Positions 58,570-64,000 of a stretch of 64,000 nucleotides of DNA are shown piece after piece (positions within the stretch are counted from its first letter, which is position 1; each line of letters opens with the position of its first letter). This DNA comes from Bradymonadia bacterium (GTDB lineage Bacteria > Myxococcota_A > Bradymonadia > UBA7976 > UBA1532), in the NCBI GenBank assembly GCA_046290225.1, contig JBKAGE010000035.1:32001-96000 (forward strand). Direction: 5' to 3'. The translations under genes and the position numbers were made by a program. The notes under the pieces were generated by a model. It ran no database searches. It saw nothing but the letters and a program-made list of their open reading frames with translations, and was not told where the DNA came from.

Positions 58570-59493
58570 ATGCGCACTCATCTTCACACGGCTCTGTTGT
58601 TCGCAGGGTTTCTCGCGACTCAGCTCTGCCCCCTCAGCGCTCAAAGCCGCCCCTGGTACGATCTCGACACCAAAAACCTGCGCGTCGACGCCCGCCTCGA
58701 CCTGCCCCTGATGCTGGGGCCGGGGCTGGTCGCTGGTATGACGCTCATCTCGCCTCTGTCGGCGGATTACACCCATGACTGGGCGGAGGCCTTTGGCGAA
58801 GAGGGTGTACGGGAGAACTTCTCTCTCGACGCCAAGCGCAACAGCGACATCCTCGGTGGGCTGAGCGTGACCCTGCCGCTGGCGATCCTCACTGCGGACG
58901 ACATTGATGGTCGTGCCCGAGAGGGCGCAGCCCACATGCTGCTCTACGGGCAAGCACTCTCGGTGAGCCTCGCTCTCAACCAGCTCACGAAGCAGACGGT
59001 GCGACGCCGACGACCCTACACCTACAACCCTGCAGCCAAAGCCCACATGGCCGATCAGGGTGACGACGCGTACTACAGCTTCTACTCAGGGCACTCGAGC
59101 CACACCTTCGCCGGAGCCGTCGCAGGCTCCTACCTCTTCAGTTTGTCCTCTGACGTACACGGCCTGCGGGCCGCGGTCTGGGGATCAGAGCTGGCGCTGG
59201 CGGCAGCGACGGCGACGCTGCGTGTGCGGGCGGGCAAGCATTATTGGTCCGACATCATCACCGGCGCCGCGGTGGGCAGCGCCATCGGCTTTGGCCTGCC
59301 TCACCTGCACCGCCGCGATGGCACCTCCATCGACATGCAATGGTACGAGTGGGCTGCGATCCCCACGGGGGTCGCAGCCGGGGTGGTGCTGGGCTACCTG
59401 CTCGACGGCGAGCAGCTGAGCGAGGCGCCGGTGGCGCTCATGCCCCACAGCGTGCCGGGGGGCGCCGGGGTGCTGGCCACGGGATCTTTCTAG
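58570..59493 (+). CDS. PAP2 family phosphatase
   Basis: K....R.RP, SFYSGHSS, RV.AGKHYWSD. Confidence 0.9.
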   Translation: MRTHLHTALLFAGFLATQLCPLSAQSRPWYDLDTKNLRVDARLDLPLMLGPGLVAGMTLISPLSADYTHDWAEAFGEEGVRENFSLDAKRNSDILGGLSVTLPLAILTADDIDGRAREGAAHMLLYGQALSVSLALNQLTKQTVRRRRPYTYNPAAKAHMADQGDDAYYSFYSGHSSHTFAGAVAGSYLFSLSSDVHGLRAAVWGSELALAAATATLRVRAGKHYWSDIITGAAVGSAIGFGLPHLHRRDGTSIDMQWYEWAAIPTGVAAGVVLGYLLDGEQLSEAPVALMPHSVPGGAGVLATGSF

Positions 59494-59521
59494 CTTGAGC
59501 GGACGGCCGTCCGCTCAAGCT
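59492..59521. terminator. Perfect 30-bp palindrome between convergent genes
   Basis: AGCTTGAGCGGACGGCCGTCCGCTCAAGCT equals its own reverse complement; no U-tract. Confidence 0.55.
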
Positions 59522-60030
59522 CACAGCAGCCTCAGCGTTCGAGCCGCACCGCTGACCTCCGCCTCGTGATCCAACAGCCAGCGTTTTGCTCGAAGACCGC
59601 CAGCGTAACCCGTCAGGCTGCCATCAGCGCCGATCACACGGTGGCACGGTACGATGATCGAGATCGGGTTGCGGGCGTTGGCTCCAGCCACGGCGCGGAT
59701 CGATGTCTCCGCCATGCCCAGAGTCGTCGTCAGCGCGCTGTAGGTGGTCGTCTCGCCATAGGGCACCTGCAGCAACGCCGCCCAGACCTGCTGCTGAAAG
59801 TCTGTGCCCACCAGCCGAATTGGCACGGTGAACGTCGTCAACTTACCTGAGAGCCATGACTCTATCTGGGTGGCAGCCTCATCGAGGACCGGGTGCTCGG
59901 CGCGGGCCTCTGGCTGAGGGCCTGGCGCCCGCGGATGGTTGGGGAAATACACCCCCAACAAAGCGTCATCATCAGCCACCAGCCGAAGCTGGCCCATTGA
60001 ACTCTCGAGCGTGCGCTGAACCCCGCTCAC
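59521..60030 (-). CDS. ogt: Methylated-DNA--protein-cysteine methyltransferase
   Basis: [35 protein letters not shown] before GTG. Confidence 0.93.
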   Translation of the reverse strand: MSGVQRTLESSMGQLRLVADDDALLGVYFPNHPRAPGPQPEARAEHPVLDEAATQIESWLSGKLTTFTVPIRLVGTDFQQQVWAALLQVPYGETTTYSALTTTLGMAETSIRAVAGANARNPISIIVPCHRVIGADGSLTGYAGGLRAKRWLLDHEAEVSGAARTLRLL

Positions 60031-61544
60031 CCGTCCCTCCTCAGAGCGATGTGGGCGGCGTTCCAGCCGCACATGCCGTGCACTCCACCACCAGGGTGGG
60101 CATAGCTCGAGCAGAGGTACAGCCCCTTCACCGGTGTGGCGTAACGGAAATATGGGAAGGCCGGCCGGAAGATGAGCTGGTTGTGCCACGCGTTCGACCC
60201 CCCGCCCAGATCGCCGCCGACGAGGTTGGCGTCCATCGCCTGTAGATCAGGGGGCGTCACGATACGGCGGGCGAGGATCCGCTGCTTGAACCCAGGCGCC
60301 AGCCCCTCGATGCGGTCTTCGACACGATCACAGAACGCCTCTGCGTGGGCGGCCCAGCCCTCTGGCATTGTGTTGGGCACCCGGGAGTAGGCCCAGAGCG
60401 TGTGACACCCTCGAGGTGCCCGGGTGGGATCAGCGAGGCTCTGTTGACCGATGACCAGATAGGGGTCGTCAGGCAGCTCACCTCGGCGCACCTGATCGGT
60501 GAAGCGCGAGAGATCGGCGAGATCTTCGCCGGTGTGCACCACCGCAGCCCGGGTCGATGGCTCGGTCACCCATGGCACGGCGTTGTTGAGGGCCCAGTCG
60601 ACCTTGAAGGTGCCCCAGCCCCACTCGAACCGCTTCATGGCCTTCTCGAGCCGGCCGGGGATCGCGCTCTGGCCCTGGAGCAGATCGAGGTAGAGCGATG
60701 GTGCCGCGGTGTTGGCCAGGACCGCCCGCCGCACGGCGATCTCTTCACCATCGGCGGTGATCACGGCGCGGGCGCGCCCGTCAGCGACTTTGATGCGCTC
60801 TACTCGGGCGCCGAGCTGGACGGCGCCGCCATGCTCTTCGAGACGTCGCACGAGGGCGTCAGCGAGTGACTGAGCGCCTCCTTCGGGCACCACGAAGCCC
60901 CCTGTGGCCCCCGTGAGGGCCAACATGAAGCCCAAGGCGGCGCCAAAGCGATCGTCAGGGCCTACGTCGACGTGTAGCGCCAGGGCCGGCAGAATACGCT
61001 GGGCTGCGTCGGTGCTGAACCAACGGCGGGCGAGACCGGCGCCGGTGGAGAGCGCCACAGCGGCAAACCGGGCAGCATTGACGGGGCCGAGGCGCGCTGT
61101 AGGCCCCAGGGCCCCCACAGGGCTGAGCAGCACCGAGAGCAACCGCTCCTGGTTTTTGCGAAACCACCCTTCGACCCGACGCCATCGCGCGCCATCCACA
61201 CCCAGAAGGCGGGCGGTCTCACCGGGGTTGGTGGTGAAGGCCCCGATGGATCCGTCGAGGGCCGGGTGGGCGCTCTGCACCGCGGCCTCACGCCACCGCA
61301 ACCCCACACCGGGTAAATCGAGGGCCTGAAAGGCCGGGCTCAGGTGGGCAAAGGGAAAGAAAGCTGCCCCGACATCGTGCACGAAGCCCGGCAAAGTAGC
61401 CTGCTCTGATCCTACGGCGCCGCCGAAACGGCTCGGGTGTGCTTCGAGCACCCGGACCGACCACCCTGCCCGGGCGAGGGCACAGGCCGCAGCAAGGCCG
61501 TTGGGCCCTGCACCGATGATCACCGCGTCGAGATCGCTCACCAA
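60027..61544 (-). CDS. Phytoene dehydrogenase-like FAD oxidoreductase
   Basis: IIGAGPNGL, GG...L..AL, LYLCS...PGGGVHG.CG. Confidence 0.88.
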   Translation of the reverse strand: MVSDLDAVIIGAGPNGLAAACALARAGWSVRVLEAHPSRFGGAVGSEQATLPGFVHDVGAAFFPFAHLSPAFQALDLPGVGLRWREAAVQSAHPALDGSIGAFTTNPGETARLLGVDGARWRRVEGWFRKNQERLLSVLLSPVGALGPTARLGPVNAARFAAVALSTGAGLARRWFSTDAAQRILPALALHVDVGPDDRFGAALGFMLALTGATGGFVVPEGGAQSLADALVRRLEEHGGAVQLGARVERIKVADGRARAVITADGEEIAVRRAVLANTAAPSLYLDLLQGQSAIPGRLEKAMKRFEWGWGTFKVDWALNNAVPWVTEPSTRAAVVHTGEDLADLSRFTDQVRRGELPDDPYLVIGQQSLADPTRAPRGCHTLWAYSRVPNTMPEGWAAHAEAFCDRVEDRIEGLAPGFKQRILARRIVTPPDLQAMDANLVGGDLGGGSNAWHNQLIFRPAFPYFRYATPVKGLYLCSSYAHPGGGVHGMCGWNAAHIALRRDG

Positions 61545-61551
61545 TCAGCCC

Positions 61552-62976
61552 TCATCGAGATCTCACCGTCTCAGGTGCGGGGCTGGAGACGCTCAGCTGC
61601 ACCGAGGTCACAGGGAAGATGGACAACTCGCGCTTCGAGCCGATCTCCCGGGCGCTCCACGAGAGCACCCCGTCTGGATCGACGCTGAACTGTGCCTCGA
61701 CCTCCACCTCTCCTGCCGGAGCTGCGCGCAAGCCCTCACAGCACAGCCATCGAGGCTCTCCGTGGCCGAGCACGAGCGGAATGTCGAGGCGTCGCTGATC
61801 ATCGCGCCATGTAGAGAATCGCTTGGTACAGCTCGCCGGCAGCGCCGCACACTTGGGGATCAGCACCTCCACGGTGCCGTCGACGGACTCGAGCCCCAGA
61901 GACCAGGGCGCGCCCTCGATGACGAGGGGGTGCCGCTCGAGGGTCTTGATGACGCTCGACATCTCGGGACCCGACATCAGATCGGCCTGAATTGCCGCGC
62001 CGAGGGCCACCACCGAGTCGAGATCGGATCCTCGCCGAGGCTGAAGCTGGAACACGTCGCGGGCGAGGACCTGCAAACACGGTGTCTGCGCGAGGCCGCC
62101 GATGAGCAACACGTCGTCGAGGGTGCTGGGGCGCACGTCGGCCTGCAGCATGGCCTCGCGACAAGGCCCCTTGACCCGATCGAGCAGGCCGAAGAGGGCC
62201 GACTCCATCTGATCTCGGCTCACGGGGTGACGGATGGGGGATCCCGTGTCGAGTACGCAGGAGAACTGGGCGACATATCGATCGCTGAGCTGCTCCCGGG
62301 CTCGCCGGGCACCTGCAGCAGCTCTAGATTTTGACCCTTCGGAAAGATCGGCCCAGCGGGCGCCGGTGTCGTGGACCAGGACCTCGGCAAAGGCTCGATC
62401 GAGATCGACGCCGCCCAAGTGGTTGTCACCCTCAGCAGAGAGCACGCTGAGGGCATCGTCCTCGACCTGATAAATGGCCACATCGAACCGGCTGGCGCCG
62501 AGGTCGAGCACACCGAACACACCGGCATCGGGGGTCCGGGCGACGTGACTCAGCGCAGCGGCGGTGCACTCGGGCATGAGCCGGATGATCTCGACGCCGA
62601 CCTGCTGACCTGCACGCCGCAACAGCCGGCGCCCAGGGCCATCGAGATCAGCGGGGATGGTGACGACGGCTTCGTCGATGGTCCGACCGAGGGCCTTGCC
62701 GGCCCATCGAGCCATTTCGCCGATGAGGGCGGCGACTGCCTGCTCGGTGCCCGCGGCGTCGACGAGGTGATCCCCCCGCTTGAGCGGCCACAGCGGATAA
62801 TGAGCCCCCGCCATCCGCTCGGCGTCGTGGCCACAGACGAGCCCATCGGGACCCTCGGCCACGACTGCGGGCATGGTCTGACGCCCTCGCTCGTCGCTGA
62901 GCAGAGTGGGCTTGCCTTCTTTGACTGCGGCCACTCGACACACACTGGCGCCGAGATCGATGCCGATGGCGCTCAT
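61552..62976 (-). CDS. Divergent Hsp70 (HscA-like) protein lacking the lid
   Basis: GIDLG, AVVTIPA, E.TAAA, DLGA..FDV, GD..LGG.D.D, VALGAAIQA, SLGLE. Confidence 0.85.
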   Translation of the reverse strand: MSAIGIDLGASVCRVAAVKEGKPTLLSDERGRQTMPAVVAEGPDGLVCGHDAERMAGAHYPLWPLKRGDHLVDAAGTEQAVAALIGEMARWAGKALGRTIDEAVVTIPADLDGPGRRLLRRAGQQVGVEIIRLMPECTAAALSHVARTPDAGVFGVLDLGASRFDVAIYQVEDDALSVLSAEGDNHLGGVDLDRAFAEVLVHDTGARWADLSEGSKSRAAAGARRAREQLSDRYVAQFSCVLDTGSPIRHPVSRDQMESALFGLLDRVKGPCREAMLQADVRPSTLDDVLLIGGLAQTPCLQVLARDVFQLQPRRGSDLDSVVALGAAIQADLMSGPEMSSVIKTLERHPLVIEGAPWSLGLESVDGTVEVLIPKCAALPASCTKRFSTWRDDQRRLDIPLVLGHGEPRWLCCEGLRAAPAGEVEVEAQFSVDPDGVLSWSAREIGSKRELSIFPVTSVQLSVSSPAPETVRSR

Positions 62977-63620
62977 GGTGCTGCGACTCCAAAAGGAAAC
63001 TCGGCGTCGAGGTGAACCAGCAAGGCCCGCAAACTGCGCAGCCTGCTGACGGCGGCCTGCCACACGGCCGCCTGGCCATCGAGCTTCAACGCCGCGAGCT
63101 CAGCATCGAGCCGCTGCCCGGACTGCTCGAGCGCCCGGGCATAACGATGGGCGATCTGACGCCCGAGGCCGGTGCGCTCGGTGTGGGCGTCGACACCATC
63201 GAGCTCGGAGAGGGCGGAGTCGAGCTCAGCCATCTCCACCCGATGGATCGGATCCATGGCGGTCATGCCGCTGGGGTCGAGGCTGTCTGCAGGCAACTGG
63301 GCACCATGGAGCGTGAGCAGGTACTCGAACCGCTGCTGCGGATCGGCGAGGCCACGCCACGCGTTGTTGATGGCGGTGGCGTGGGCGACGGCATGGCTCC
63401 ACGCCTGGGCACCTTCGCCGTGGAACAAGTCAGGGTGAAAAATACGCAGCTGGGCCCGATGGCTCGCTGCGATCTCACTCCGCTCATAAGCAAACCTGGG
63501 CTCGAGCCCGAGCCGGGCGAAGTGATCGAGATCGGGCGCTGGCGCCTGAAGGGCATGACACGTGCCACAGAACGCACCGCCCCCGAGGTCAACCTCACTC
63601 CCACACCGCCAGCATTTCAT
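62973..63620 (-). CDS. hscB: HscB-like J-domain co-chaperone with N-terminal CxxC/CxxC
   Basis: CWRC...FCGTC..LQ, DHF..LGL, FHPD, INNAW..L.DP..R.EYLL.L.G. Confidence 0.75.
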   Translation of the reverse strand: MKCWRCGSEVDLGGGAFCGTCHALQAPAPDLDHFARLGLEPRFAYERSEIAASHRAQLRIFHPDLFHGEGAQAWSHAVAHATAINNAWRGLADPQQRFEYLLTLHGAQLPADSLDPSGMTAMDPIHRVEMAELDSALSELDGVDAHTERTGLGRQIAHRYARALEQSGQRLDAELAALKLDGQAAVWQAAVSRLRSLRALLVHLDAEFPFGVAAP

Positions 63621-63719
63621 CTTTGCTCCGCCGTTACGGCGGCGTCAGCCGCCCTTTGCTTCGCCGCTACGGCGGCGCCAGCCGCCCTTTGCTTCGCCGC
63701 TACGGCGGCGCCAGCCGCC
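63621..63719. repeat. Three tandem 33-bp REP-like units
   Basis: CTTTGCTYCGCCGYTACGGCGGCGYCAGCCGCC at 63621, 63654, 63687, each with CGCCG/CGGCG hairpin. Confidence 0.9.
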
Positions 63720-64000
63720 GTGAGGCCCCCGATCCTCCGCACAGACGGCGCGAAAAACCGGTCGCCGTAGCCTCCGGCTACGACTCTCGATTTTTCACGA
63801 CGTCTGCACGAAGGCTCGTGAACCTCACGACGACTGCCACCACCTCCACGGCTCCGCGGGGCACGTGCACGACGCTTCTCCGGCTTTGGAGGCGTGATGT
63901 TGTGGGGTGAAGTGATGAGGTACGAAGGCGTTTGGTGAGGGGGTTGGGTGGTGTCCATCATGGCCGCAGGTTTGATTCGTTGGAGGGATCGTTACGCTGC

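Noticed and set aside
63621..63719. 33-bp repeats as a CRISPR array
   Set aside because: Units are directly adjacent with no spacers, and no cas genes are present.
63617..63961. 114-aa ORF upstream of hscB
   Set aside because: Low complexity, built from the repeats and a strand-skewed tract; the ATGA overlap alone is weak evidence.

Overview
GC-rich chromosomal window, most likely from a Myxococcota/deltaproteobacterial genome (MYXO-CTERM tails, Cys-rich myxobacterial repeats, MXAN_5808-type S41 protease, many Gly-linker lipoproteins). Housekeeping genes (5' end of secA, yqgF-mltG, gshB, uppS-cdsA-rseP-tsaB, slt, ogt) are mixed with secreted hydrolases, three ECF sigma/anti-sigma pairs, a solitary mrr, a tnpB-only IS200/IS605-family element and several structured non-coding repeats. 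The most striking item is non-coding: 9443-9696 has the full architecture of a retron msr-msd RNA (flanking inverted repeat, candidate branching G, two small msr stem-loops, long msd hairpin with a perfect 24-bp stem). It resembles the Myxococcus xanthus Mx162 retron as I recall it, has its own candidate promoter and terminator, and has no reverse transcriptase gene anywhere in the window. Other candidates are an uncharacterised MCP / 56-aa peptide / double-V4R / cysteine desulfurase module, two covarying 161-bp MITE-like elements, and a degenerate HscB/Hsp70 pair. No rRNA, tRNA or CRISPR array was seen. All protein calls come from motif recognition by eye; no database searches were run.
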